Origin: a virus
Length of the DNA stretch: 43,846 bases
Reading direction: 5' to 3' (one strand)
Virus record (IMG/VR): IMGVR_UViG_3300037421_000071
The notes under the pieces were generated by a model. The model did no database searches. It saw nothing but the letters and a program-made list of their open reading frames with translations, and had not been told where the DNA came from. The position numbers and the translations under genes are program-made. How positions within the stretch are numbered: position 1 is the first letter of the stretch; each line of letters starts with the position of its first letter. Below, one piece after another: positions 1-8,943 of the stretch.

Positions 1-127
1 TCGAGAGGTTGTCGAGCTTGCCGGAATAGGGAAGCGAGTTCCCGGCTTCGGTGATGGTGAGCGTGCCCTGTACGATGGTGAAGTTCGTCTCGGGCATGGT
101 ATTGGTTTCGGTCAATACCCCGCCCGC
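1..127. repeat. 127-bp exact direct repeat, copy 1 (identical to 43720..43846)
   Basis: Read off both ends: tcgagaggttgtcgagcttgcc...gtcaataccccgcccgc occurs at 1-127 and at 43720-43846 with no mismatch. This is typical of a circular contig opened arbitrarily or of a direct terminal repeat. Confidence 0.95.
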
Positions 128-319
128 CGTCGCGACATCGGAGAACACGTCCCAGGTGAAGGTATCGCCCTTCTTCTTCCCCTGCTGGGAGATGTCGTGG
201 ACGTCCGAGAACTGTCGGAACTTGGTGAGCGGTTGGACCGCCGCTCTCAGGACGTTCGAGAGCTGACGCGAATAGAAGTAGCCGCCGAGAGAGTTAACCG
301 CCCAAACTTGACCTGACAT
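1..319 (-). CDS. major capsid protein, N-terminal segment (gene runs off the window start and continues at 43719 downward on the closed map)
   Basis: Minus-strand ATG at 319-317 gives MSGQVWAVNSLGGYFYSRQLSNVLRAAVQPLTKFRQFSDV...GDTFTWDVFSDVATAGGV with no stop to base 1. The codon the track uses as start at 43834 (= position 115 here, a TTG) is codon 69 of this frame. Total is about 323 aa. Confidence 0.75.
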   Translation of the reverse strand, partial: MSGQVWAVNSLGGYFYSRQLSNVLRAAVQPLTKFRQFSDVHDISQQGKKKGDTFTWDVFSDVATAGGVLTETNTMPETNFTIVQGTLTITEAGNSLPYSGKLDNLS

Positions 320-348
320 GGTGATGACCCCTGCTAAGGGCCATCACC
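320..348 (-). promoter_or_regulatory. RNA hairpin in the scaffold-capsid junction, ending directly at the capsid ATG
   Basis: Minus strand reads GGTGATGGCCC-ttagca-GGGGTCATCACC followed immediately by ATG. The stem is 11 bp with one G-U pair, and the only G-rich RBS candidate (GGGG) lies in the 3' arm. Confidence 0.35.
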
Positions 349-356
349 TATGACCC

Positions 357-1343
357 TTAGGTTTTTCCTCCGAACATCCCCTGCGGAGTCCGGATCGCCT
401 GTTCCTGCCCGCGAGCTTTCGCCATGGCATCGATGACGCTCTCGACGGGTTCCTCGACATCCTCTTCCCGTGGAGGCGATTGCCGACTACCGGCTGCCGG
501 GACCGCGGGAGTGGTTGCCTTGCGGGTTAGCTTCGAGTTGGAATCAGTCACTTTGGAAAAACCTTGTTTCCACGTCCGGATGGTATCGCCGGCCTTCTTG
601 AGGCGTTCACGGTAAGCGAGAGAAGGTTCGCTCTGAGCGATCTTCTTGTCTTCTTCGACCACCAGCCGGTACAGGAACGGGTCTTTCACGACGTCCTGAT
701 ATTCGCCGCGAAACCAGTTCACCGCATCGTGGAAGGTCATACGGTCATCGACGGCGCTGAGGACGTCCGGGCTGAGTGTCTGCCGGGATGGCCCGTTCAG
801 TCGCCGTGCGACCTTGTCGATCGCTTCCCGATCCCCCTGCAAGGCCGCGGTGAGGGTGTCCGCGGTGACGTCTTCCACGTCACTCGCCGATACGTCTTGC
901 GATGGCACCAGCGCTTGGGACCGTTTTACAGCTTCCTGCGCCATTTGCAAATACTCATCCGCGGAGGCCACCTTGGCGGCGCGCGCCATGAGTTCCGTCT
1001 CGGTCATCTCCACATCGCGTCCGTTCACCCGGACGGTGAAGGTACGAGGCTGTGCGCCTTCCTGGAGGGCCTTGGCTTCGGCTTCGTTCGCTTCACGCTC
1101 AAGACGTGCGCGCTGCTCTTCCGCCGCCTGCGCTTCTTGCGCGGCGCGGGCTTCCTCGGGATCCGGAGGGACCGGTTTCTCACCATCAAAGTCCTGGAGT
1201 TCTCGGGCTGCATCCGCGCTGTCGGCTATGGCGTTGCGCTTGTCCACCTGTTCCTGATTGGTATTGCCGACGGCCGCTTCGAGTTTCTTCTCGGCTTCCT
1301 CGGCCTTCTTGTCTTCGGGCGTCGCTTGTTTAGGTCTGGGCAT
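357..1343 (-). CDS. scaffolding protein (putative)
   Basis: 328-aa ORF immediately upstream of the capsid gene. It is highly charged and E/A/K/Q-rich with predicted helices (AEEAEKKLEAA, AAQEAQAAEEQRARLEREANEAEAKALQE). Position and composition are typical of podovirus scaffolds. Confidence 0.6.
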   Translation of the reverse strand: MPRPKQATPEDKKAEEAEKKLEAAVGNTNQEQVDKRNAIADSADAARELQDFDGEKPVPPDPEEARAAQEAQAAEEQRARLEREANEAEAKALQEGAQPRTFTVRVNGRDVEMTETELMARAAKVASADEYLQMAQEAVKRSQALVPSQDVSASDVEDVTADTLTAALQGDREAIDKVARRLNGPSRQTLSPDVLSAVDDRMTFHDAVNWFRGEYQDVVKDPFLYRLVVEEDKKIAQSEPSLAYRERLKKAGDTIRTWKQGFSKVTDSNSKLTRKATTPAVPAAGSRQSPPREEDVEEPVESVIDAMAKARGQEQAIRTPQGMFGGKT

Positions 1344-1608
1344 TCTTCAACTCCTCGATAGCCGAGTGTCCGGCGGCGATCGCCTCACCCAGCCACTCAA
1401 TGATGGATTCCGCCACGACGATCCGGTTCTGGGCTTTCTGTACGGCTTTGTAATCGTACGGGTCCGCGACTTTGAGATCCTTGGCCGCTTCTTCGATCTG
1501 TCGCTCGGCGCGGGCGAGCAGGAAGCTGCCGATATCGCCTTCGAGAAAGAGCTCCACCTGGCGACCAAAAGCCGCCCAGCGCACGGTGGGTTGATCAGGG
1601 TCTAGCAT
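1330..1608 (-). CDS. hypothetical protein (head module)
   Basis: 92-aa ORF on the operon strand that overlaps the scaffold start by 14 nt. No recognisable motif. Confidence 0.5.
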   Translation of the reverse strand: MLDPDQPTVRWAAFGRQVELFLEGDIGSFLLARAERQIEEAAKDLKVADPYDYKAVQKAQNRIVVAESIIEWLGEAIAAGHSAIEELKNAQT

Positions 1609-1885
1609 GTATAATCCGAAGTCTGGGGGAGAGCGCCGCGAAAGAATAACGGTCGAAAGCAGGAGCCGATTCTCGTAGTCGGAAAGGTGATCACCGTGGG
1701 GTGCCCTATCTGCCCAGTTGGATTCTAGAAGCCGACTGGCCGTCTGCGCAAAAACCGTCGGGACGCGCCCCCTCTTCCATCAGCATAGACTCCAGGGAGA
1801 CCTGCCGTCGGGCCTCCTTCGTTTCTATGGGTTACGCGAGCAACCGCACACCGGCAGGTCATAGAGGTTCTTTCGCACTAGGGAA

Positions 1886-2680
1886 CTAGTCATCCCACAT
1901 CAGGAATTCCATGAGATAGGTCGCGGCTTCGAGGTCGATTCGTTCGCGCACTTTGCGCAGACGCTCTTGCGCCACCTGTTCGCGGTAGCGCGCGACCTTG
2001 GCAAGTGACTGCAGACGCTGATGGGCCTCAACGCGGCGCACCCCGGCGGATTTCTGCGGGAGCCTGAAATATACAGGAACTTCGATGGCTTGCTGCTTTT
2101 CGCGCTCCTGGGCGCGTCGGAGCGCCCGCTCGAAGTTCGCGATATAGCGCAGTACTTCCGCCGGGGTCGGGCCGTATTGCGGGGTAGCGGAGAGTTGCTC
2201 CTCGACTTCTATCCGCTGCGCAGTGGCTTCCGCGAGGCTCTCCTCGAGTCTCGCCATCTCCTCTTCGAACACCTCAGCCGCGCGTTTGATCCGGCGGCGC
2301 TTGCCGGACCCGCCGGGCTTCGCGACCACCGGAAGATCCCCGCCGGTCGCACTGATTACGCCCTCGGTGAACGTCGCGGTCTGCCCCGTCGGGACAGAGG
2401 AACCCGTGTCGGTGAGCGTCCCTTCGGTGAAGGTCGCTGTTATAGCGGTTAGAGCGTAATCAGCTTCAGACCCGATAATTCCTTCGGCACCCGAAACAGT
2501 CTGTGCTGTGAGGGAATAAGCCTCCTGATAAGCGATAATCCCCTCGGTACTCGTGATCGTCTGCGTCGCGAGTCCCAAATCCTGATCTGTCGAAAGCGTG
2601 ATCCAGGGGAACGGATCGACTTGATCGTCATTCCTGATCCAGATCGGAGAGTCATAGAACGGTTGATTGATGGTCGCCAA
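1886..2680 (-). CDS. repeat-containing fibre-like protein with charged coiled-coil C-terminus
   Basis: 264 aa. Residues ~35-115 hold four ~20-aa repeats (LATQTITSTEGII.., LTAQTVSGAEGII.., LTAITATFTEGTL.., TGQTATFTEGVI..) of the same type as in ORF 34213..35823. The C-terminal half is E/R/K/Q-rich and helical. Confidence 0.6.
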   Translation of the reverse strand: MATINQPFYDSPIWIRNDDQVDPFPWITLSTDQDLGLATQTITSTEGIIAYQEAYSLTAQTVSGAEGIIGSEADYALTAITATFTEGTLTDTGSSVPTGQTATFTEGVISATGGDLPVVAKPGGSGKRRRIKRAAEVFEEEMARLEESLAEATAQRIEVEEQLSATPQYGPTPAEVLRYIANFERALRRAQEREKQQAIEVPVYFRLPQKSAGVRRVEAHQRLQSLAKVARYREQVAQERLRKVRERIDLEAATYLMEFLMWDD

Positions 2681-2683
2681 GGA

Positions 2684-3868
2684 TCATTCACTGACCGTCG
2701 TGATAATCCCCGAATAAGTTGTCGCAGTGGTGGCGGGTTTTGGCAACTCGATGAAATTCAAACACGCGTTGTCATACACAATCGCGAGATTGAACGCGCT
2801 CGCAACGCCATCGATGTTCTGCGCAACGGCAGCTATCGGACACGGCAATATAGTAATCGGATGCGCAACCACCCAATCGACTGTCCCCGTCGCAACGGTC
2901 GCCGAAGTCTGCACGTTGTCGCCTTGTAAGTTAAATATGCCCGTATCGCCAGCGGCGAGCGGTACGAACCACGACTGCAGCAAAAGATCGATCTGCCACT
3001 TGGCGCACGCTGAAATACCAGCGATATCCGGCATCGTATTGGTCGCGGCGTTCGCCTGATTGCGATATGTACAGAGATGCCAGTTATGCGCGGTAGCGGC
3101 GAGCAACGTGCCGGTAACTGCAGGGTATGCAAAGGTGCCGCCGGCATAACTCGGATCGGTCGCGGTTGTCGATTGATAATGCGTCCAGTTCGCCGCGCTG
3201 CTGTTCAAAACCGTCTGCGCACCACCTGTGGATAATATGTAAGCACCACGGAACAACTGATCGACCATCAGCAATACGTTGATGGCGCTCGCTTCTACCC
3301 AGGCATTTACGAAATGGCTCGTGTTAGCGTTCACAACCGCATTCACGAACGGCAGCGCCCCAGTAGTCGCCGAAGTCGTCACCGTGGGAGCGGATGTCAG
3401 TGCCCCGCCAGCCGCTCCAGCCGCCGGCGCCGGCCCTTCCATCCACGTATCCATAGCGCCATAAATCGCAGTCGGCGCCGCACCGGTTTTGGAAAACGGC
3501 ATACGGCACGTCTTGCCACCCGTTGCCGCCGCGATGAGTGCGGAAAGCGAAGCGAATGAACCGCGTTGGTAACCTAATGCGCGTTGGAACCGTCGCCGTT
3601 CTTCACGGCGGAATATCTCCCCCGCATTCTCAAGAGCAGTGACTACCCGGCTACCGCGATATTCACCGATGAAGTCCCCATCGCCGCAGACGAATACTGC
3701 GCCCGGTACACTCCCGACTGGGACGGGAGGCCCAAACCACCCACGGAAGTTACGCGAGAGCTGTTCGGTGGTCTCAGTCCCTAACCACCGCTCGAGTCGC
3801 GCGGCATGCGTACTCGCTATGGAGGGTTCCTGCCGCCGACGGAGTACCCGTTGCCAGGACTTCAGCAC
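2684..3868 (-). CDS. hypothetical protein (between portal and scaffold; probably virion-associated)
   Basis: 394-aa ORF on the operon strand, 3 nt after the portal stop. The A/T/S/N-rich C-terminal half looks beta-rich. No family recognised. Confidence 0.55.
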   Translation of the reverse strand: MLKSWQRVLRRRQEPSIASTHAARLERWLGTETTEQLSRNFRGWFGPPVPVGSVPGAVFVCGDGDFIGEYRGSRVVTALENAGEIFRREERRRFQRALGYQRGSFASLSALIAAATGGKTCRMPFSKTGAAPTAIYGAMDTWMEGPAPAAGAAGGALTSAPTVTTSATTGALPFVNAVVNANTSHFVNAWVEASAINVLLMVDQLFRGAYILSTGGAQTVLNSSAANWTHYQSTTATDPSYAGGTFAYPAVTGTLLAATAHNWHLCTYRNQANAATNTMPDIAGISACAKWQIDLLLQSWFVPLAAGDTGIFNLQGDNVQTSATVATGTVDWVVAHPITILPCPIAAVAQNIDGVASAFNLAIVYDNACLNFIELPKPATTATTYSGIITTVSE

Positions 3869-3871
3869 GGA

Positions 3872-6235
3872 CTATGACTCTTCCATCTCGAATTCCATCA
3901 TCTGGCCGGACGGTAGCTTCGCCCTGCCCTTCTTTTTCCGGCGCGCCTGGTTCAGTTTCTTGAGTTCGTCCCTAAACTCGCTCTGCGCCTGCGTGCTCTG
4001 CTTGATCGCTTCCATGAGCGGCTTTACGTGGTCCTGTTGGGTCTTCTCTGCCTGCTGCCGCTTCTGCTCCTCTTCCTGCTGTCGCTGGGCCTGAGCGTTC
4101 TGCGCGTTCTCTTCGGCCTTGAACTGCAGCGCCTGCATCTTGTTCGGGTCCATGGGAGGGGCTTGCCCGCCTTTCTCCATCTCGTGCGCGTGGCCCTGCT
4201 CGCCCTGCTCCATCGTCTGAATGTAGCCCGCAAGCTCCATGATCTTCTCGTGCGCGTGTTCCTTGTCCTGCATGAGGAGGTTGGTGAAGTTCGTCTCGCG
4301 TGAAGTCTGCAGTTTCACCTTGTTGGCGTCCGACTTGTCGCCGACCTTCATCTTGAGCATTTCGACGATCTTCATGAGCTGCTGGATCTGCTGGGTGAGA
4401 GCGACCTTCTCGGGATCTCCCTGAATCGCGAACCGCTCACCGTCCTGATAACCCGACAGTGCACACAGCTCTTTCAGAACCTCAGTAAGGTTAAGTCCCG
4501 GCGGGGGCTTCACCGATATCTTCGCGTACATGAGGACCGCCTGGCTGAAGCGCGCGAGCTTCTGCGCGGGATCTGTCGCTCCCATGCCGACGTTCACGTT
4601 GACCGTGAGTTCTTCTTCCAGAATCGTGTCGGTGACCTGGTCGACACCGAACTTCTGCCTTACCTGGGCTTTCTCCCCCGCGATGGTTAGCACGCGTTCA
4701 TCGGTCTCGTAGAACTGCTCGAGCAGCACCAGCTGCCTGAGAACGGGCTCGATGAATGTCGTCGCGTGAGTTTTAAGGAGATATTCAGTAAGGAGGTTCG
4801 ATGGCGACTGCAGCGCCAGCATCGTGCGTTCGCTCTCGCGCGGCGTTCTCTGCTGCTGCACCTGCATCGGGTTGAAGTTACCGACGAGTTCATCAAAGTT
4901 AGCCGAGATGCGGTCCTCTTCCAGATAGGCGCTCTGCGTGACATCCGGCCAGCTCTGTTCCTCGACGTCCGGATTATCCTTGGCGAGCGAGTCGAGCAGC
5001 ACGATACGCCCCGGAGTGTTACGCGTGAGCGCCGCGGTATCGACGTTTTTCCCGCGTCGCACCAGCCAACCCTTGTTGAGGACGAACTTGACGTTATCCG
5101 ATCTCTGGTTGCGGGTTTCGTTCAGGTCATCCTGCAACGACTTGGTGAGGATCGGTATGGGCGTCGGGAGCGGCTTGTGAGTTTCGAGTACGGTCGTCCC
5201 CATCTCGTAGGGCCGGCGACCGTGGAAGACCGTCTTCTTCAGCGGTTCAGGATCGGTGAGAAGTTTTTCGCTCCCCAAGGTGTAGAACTCGAAGTCCTGG
5301 CCGTCAAAACGGTGTATGTGACGGTGTACCCAGACGATGTCATATTCTGAGACTGTACGACGTACCTTAGTGGGATCTTGACCTGCTCCCAGGCGACTCT
5401 GACGGGTCGAGTCGTCGGGGTTATCCATGTACATCCGGAAAGTAGTGTTGGTATATTCTTTCCACACTCGGCCCTTGGGGTCGGGATTCTCCATCCGCTC
5501 TTTCACTTCGCCGACGTACATCGGGATCATGTCGATGATGTAGGGAGAAGTGTGTAACGGGTCGTACCAGCACGCCGCCGGATCGAAGCGGATGTTCTCG
5601 ATCGGGCGCAATTCGATACAGGGCTTGTCCTCGTAGATCTCGAGCTCATCGCCGACCTTCCTCGACCTGAAGCTCCAGTAGATATGCGCAATGCACGCGC
5701 CCTGCGCCTGGGCGTCTTGGACTGAGCCCATGACGAACTGGAACCAGGGGATCGTGTGCGTCAGGCGATACTGGATCAGGTGCTGCATCACCTCGGCCGA
5801 GATGCGCTGGCGCTTATCGCCCTGGTTCTGCGCTTTGATACTCACGGTGTCGAGGTTCGAAAAGTGGGCCGCAGCCGCCGCGGCCTCATTTTTTCGTATG
5901 ATCGACCTTGTTTTTGGGATGAAGCTGTGCGCGCGCTTGGCGAAGAGTTCCGAGTTGTACTTCGAGTCGGACGCGTGCTGGCCGTTGAACATCCGCAGAC
6001 TATCGTCCCAGTTCTTGCGGTAGTTCTGATCGAGATAGGTGGTCGAGTCCCTGAAGGCGTCCTTGGCGAGCTTGAGCCAGTTCGGCTGTTCACGCTCGGC
6101 CGCAGCCGACTCGGACGCTTCCGTCTCCATACCGGAAGATTCTTCCTCGATACCGGCATTCCACTGCGGGGCTTCACCCGCCTCGGGGTCACTGATGGAG
6201 GGCGGTTGCGGGCGCCAGGGAGTGGACTGAGCCAT
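3872..6235 (-). CDS. portal protein
   Basis: Called from the internal ATG at 6235 (MAQSTPWRP...), which forms an ATGA overlap with the upstream stop, giving 787 aa. It is the largest head-module ORF and lies downstream of terL. The long Q/E/K-rich helical C-terminal tail resembles P22-type portal barrels. Confidence 0.8.
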   Translation of the reverse strand: MAQSTPWRPQPPSISDPEAGEAPQWNAGIEEESSGMETEASESAAAEREQPNWLKLAKDAFRDSTTYLDQNYRKNWDDSLRMFNGQHASDSKYNSELFAKRAHSFIPKTRSIIRKNEAAAAAAHFSNLDTVSIKAQNQGDKRQRISAEVMQHLIQYRLTHTIPWFQFVMGSVQDAQAQGACIAHIYWSFRSRKVGDELEIYEDKPCIELRPIENIRFDPAACWYDPLHTSPYIIDMIPMYVGEVKERMENPDPKGRVWKEYTNTTFRMYMDNPDDSTRQSRLGAGQDPTKVRRTVSEYDIVWVHRHIHRFDGQDFEFYTLGSEKLLTDPEPLKKTVFHGRRPYEMGTTVLETHKPLPTPIPILTKSLQDDLNETRNQRSDNVKFVLNKGWLVRRGKNVDTAALTRNTPGRIVLLDSLAKDNPDVEEQSWPDVTQSAYLEEDRISANFDELVGNFNPMQVQQQRTPRESERTMLALQSPSNLLTEYLLKTHATTFIEPVLRQLVLLEQFYETDERVLTIAGEKAQVRQKFGVDQVTDTILEEELTVNVNVGMGATDPAQKLARFSQAVLMYAKISVKPPPGLNLTEVLKELCALSGYQDGERFAIQGDPEKVALTQQIQQLMKIVEMLKMKVGDKSDANKVKLQTSRETNFTNLLMQDKEHAHEKIMELAGYIQTMEQGEQGHAHEMEKGGQAPPMDPNKMQALQFKAEENAQNAQAQRQQEEEQKRQQAEKTQQDHVKPLMEAIKQSTQAQSEFRDELKKLNQARRKKKGRAKLPSGQMMEFEMEES

Positions 6236-6630
6236 CAGTTGAAACTCTTCGGTTCCTTGCGCTTCCAGCCCGCGGGTACTACCGGCTCTCGCCCATCCCA
6301 CGACCCGCGCTTGAGGCCGAACGCTTCTAGCATCTCGCCCCCGGCTAGCATCGCGGCATGCGCAAGTTGAGCGGCGCAATGGCTGTCGAGGTGCTTGAGG
6401 ACGAAGCCGAAGCCGTCCCTACCGAGTTCCGTACGAACGAGGTCCGATATACCAAGGTGGCGGACGACGAGCACCCTGCCCTGAAATGAGACCAGCCAGG
6501 GATGGTTGGGGTAGTGCTGCTCAAGGGTGGAGGCGACTTCATGGGCTTTCTGGAGATCGAGCGATTCATCGGCATCCCCAGGCTCTACGATACGCGCGCT
6601 TTGATCGATCCCGGTATCTTGATACGCCAC
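6235..6630 (-). CDS. hypothetical protein
   Basis: 131-aa ORF with a GTG start preceded by GAGGGAAGT. Its stop overlaps the portal ATG (ATGA). Confidence 0.55.
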   Translation of the reverse strand: MAYQDTGIDQSARIVEPGDADESLDLQKAHEVASTLEQHYPNHPWLVSFQGRVLVVRHLGISDLVRTELGRDGFGFVLKHLDSHCAAQLAHAAMLAGGEMLEAFGLKRGSWDGREPVVPAGWKRKEPKSFN

Positions 6631-6730
6631 ACTTCCCTCGCTTTGATCGAACCGGGCACAGAGATGCGCCGTCTCCGGCGCAGCCAGTTAATGCAACTGA
6701 TGAGCCAGTTCCACACGGACGGCGCCCGGG

Positions 6731-7045
6731 CTAGGGCTGAGTCGCGCTGAGAGTGCCGGGAATTTGAAGAATCACCGTTGTACCGGTCACGACGAGCGTG
6801 GTGGAAACCGCCGTCCCGAAGCCGGGCCCTGAAGCCGGAAACGCCTGCGCCGTGAAGGTATACGTGTCGGGCGTGAGATTGCTGAAGGTCACGGCCGTCG
6901 TCCCAGGAGGCACGCTCTGATTCGGGGGGCTGTTGGCGGGTGTGAGCGCGGTAGCGGTGATCGTGACGTGATCAACGACGCTGCCTGCGGGAGCGGTGAG
7001 TGAGACATAGGCTACGGCGAGAACGGCGTTCTGGGTGGTGGACAT
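6731..7045 (-). CDS. small beta-sandwich (Ig/FN3-like) protein
   Basis: 104 aa, T/V/P/A-rich with an alternating beta pattern (VTITATALTP..TAVTFSNLTPDTYTFTAQAF..TTLVVTGTTVILQ). The fold call is inference from composition. Confidence 0.45.
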   Translation of the reverse strand: MSTTQNAVLAVAYVSLTAPAGSVVDHVTITATALTPANSPPNQSVPPGTTAVTFSNLTPDTYTFTAQAFPASGPGFGTAVSTTLVVTGTTVILQIPGTLSATQP

Positions 7046-7048
7046 GAC

Positions 7049-7327
7049 TCAATCCTTATCGGTGGGAGTAGTTGCTGCGTCTCTCAGGGCTTCGCGGGCA
7101 CGTTTGCCTTTGTCTTCGAGAATTTCTTCTCCGCCCCATACATCAGTGTAACCATCACCGTCGTTGCAGATTCGCTGGTCGTAATCCGCCTTCGCGTACC
7201 ACTCCAGCGCCGCGCGCAGCCGCTCATTTTCAGAGCGCAAGGTATTGGCTTCGTGCTTCCACTGGTCCATGTTCTTTAGCGCGTTATCGCGCGAACGCGT
7301 CAGCTGCTCGATCTCGGTACTGCTCAC
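7049..7327 (-). CDS. hypothetical coiled-coil protein
   Basis: 92-aa ORF whose start overlaps the terL stop (7324-7327). Charged heptad-like sequence (LTRSRDNALKNMDQWKHEANTLRSENERLRAALEWY). Confidence 0.5.
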   Translation of the reverse strand: MSSTEIEQLTRSRDNALKNMDQWKHEANTLRSENERLRAALEWYAKADYDQRICNDGDGYTDVWGGEEILEDKGKRAREALRDAATTPTDKD

Positions 7328-8943
7328 AGGTACTCAGGCTCCAAGGTGCCCGGATCGATATATACCGGAGGACGGACCTCTAAGTCATAGATTCTTGCGA
7401 CGGCGTCAATCAGGTCCTTGCGCTCGCAGAACGGGAAGTACGAGAACTGCATGCGCAGTCGCTCGGTGACATCATAGAGCTTCTTGTCCTGATCGAGGCG
7501 TCGCACCCGCTGCGAGAGACAGTAGCCGTAACCCTCGTTCACCCGGCGCTGCTGACCCGAGGTGAGGTGTTCGGGATCGGTCGGATAGGGCAGATAGAAC
7601 CTGTGGTTCTTGAGGTCCGGCGTCAAGCGCTGTACCCGGTCGTTCTTCGAACCCTCCCCGCTCCGCGGCCACTCGAGCTCTGAGATCTCGAACGAGAGCC
7701 GCTCGCGCTCCATCTGTTCCTTGAAGTACGCAAGGTCTGAGATCGCTCCATAGCGTTCGTAGCCGACGTGACAGCCCTGCACTCCCGTCTCCGCGTGCCA
7801 CTTCTCCCAGAGGTTACGCATGTTTCGCCACTTGTCCACGAGCTCCATGCGGTGATCGACGCCATCGAGAAAGTACTTATTCCCCGCATAGTCCACTCCG
7901 ATCACGGCCATTGCGGTGTGGTCAGATCCCTTTCGCATCGAGTGTGCGGGGTCGACCATGATGTAGACCATGAGAGTCATCGGCCGGTATTCGTATACGC
8001 GGAGGTCGCGGATATCGAACATCCGCTGGTGACCCGCTTGAGGATCTGCAAGCAGTTGACAGGCGACATCGGCTTCGAGCTGATCGATGAGCTTTCGAGC
8101 CCAGACTTCTGCAGTGAACAAAACAGGAGTGCCACTAAGAGTTCCGTCGTGAGTGGCGGGGTGTTTGCGCAGCGTCGCAGAGTGTCGCTCGATGATGAAG
8201 CTGTAGGTGTCGGCGTAGTGATAGCGCGTGCCAATGATCCACTTGCGCCCGCCGACCGTGCCGAGGTTGTCAGACAGCGACCACGCTTCGGTGGTCTTCT
8301 GGATCTGTTCAGGCGTGTTGACCGATTCTCGCGTGACGACATCGTCATAGACCATCAGTTGGAAGTGTTTGGCGGTGGGTTGACCATCGACGAGTCCGTG
8401 AGCTTCGACTGTTGCCTCTTTCGGGTTGCCCTGCCGCTTGACGGTGATACCGGCATCGAGTGACCACGAAGGTGAATCCTTCTCGGGGTTCTCGTAGAAC
8501 ACTTCCGGGAAGCTGTGGATCAGGTTGAGATTGACCGAGAGCTCGCGCTGCAGCTGAGCAAGGAACGACTTCGCGATCGGCTTCGTGTGCGAAAAGATAC
8601 CGACTGTTATCTCAGGATTCCTGATGATCTCCTGAACGATGCCGGCAAAGGTGATGATCGTTGACTTGTAGTGTTCGCGCGCCCAGATGTCGCAGTGACC
8701 ATCGGGTGAGGTTTCCACTTCGCGACAGCGCGCATAGATCCACGGGTGCCAAGCGTCATAGCGCCGCAGCATCTTCACCAACAGGTAATAGCGATCGTAG
8801 AGACAGAGCCAGCGGATGGCGGGGACGTCGGTGCCGTTGAGGTCTAGTGCGTCCCAGGCCGCGAGGATTTTACTGAACGGTGTCTTCGCGAGTCGCTGTT
8901 GTAATATGGCGTCCGAGACGTTCGGCGAGGGTAGCTGTATCAC
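7324..8943 (-). CDS. terL: terminase large subunit
   Basis: 539 aa. Walker-A-like IWAREHYKSTIITFAG, Walker-B-like LMVYDDVV and nuclease-domain start MVYIMVDPAHS. The size and the position upstream of the portal fit. Confidence 0.85.
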   Translation of the reverse strand: MIQLPSPNVSDAILQQRLAKTPFSKILAAWDALDLNGTDVPAIRWLCLYDRYYLLVKMLRRYDAWHPWIYARCREVETSPDGHCDIWAREHYKSTIITFAGIVQEIIRNPEITVGIFSHTKPIAKSFLAQLQRELSVNLNLIHSFPEVFYENPEKDSPSWSLDAGITVKRQGNPKEATVEAHGLVDGQPTAKHFQLMVYDDVVTRESVNTPEQIQKTTEAWSLSDNLGTVGGRKWIIGTRYHYADTYSFIIERHSATLRKHPATHDGTLSGTPVLFTAEVWARKLIDQLEADVACQLLADPQAGHQRMFDIRDLRVYEYRPMTLMVYIMVDPAHSMRKGSDHTAMAVIGVDYAGNKYFLDGVDHRMELVDKWRNMRNLWEKWHAETGVQGCHVGYERYGAISDLAYFKEQMERERLSFEISELEWPRSGEGSKNDRVQRLTPDLKNHRFYLPYPTDPEHLTSGQQRRVNEGYGYCLSQRVRRLDQDKKLYDVTERLRMQFSYFPFCERKDLIDAVARIYDLEVRPPVYIDPGTLEPEYL

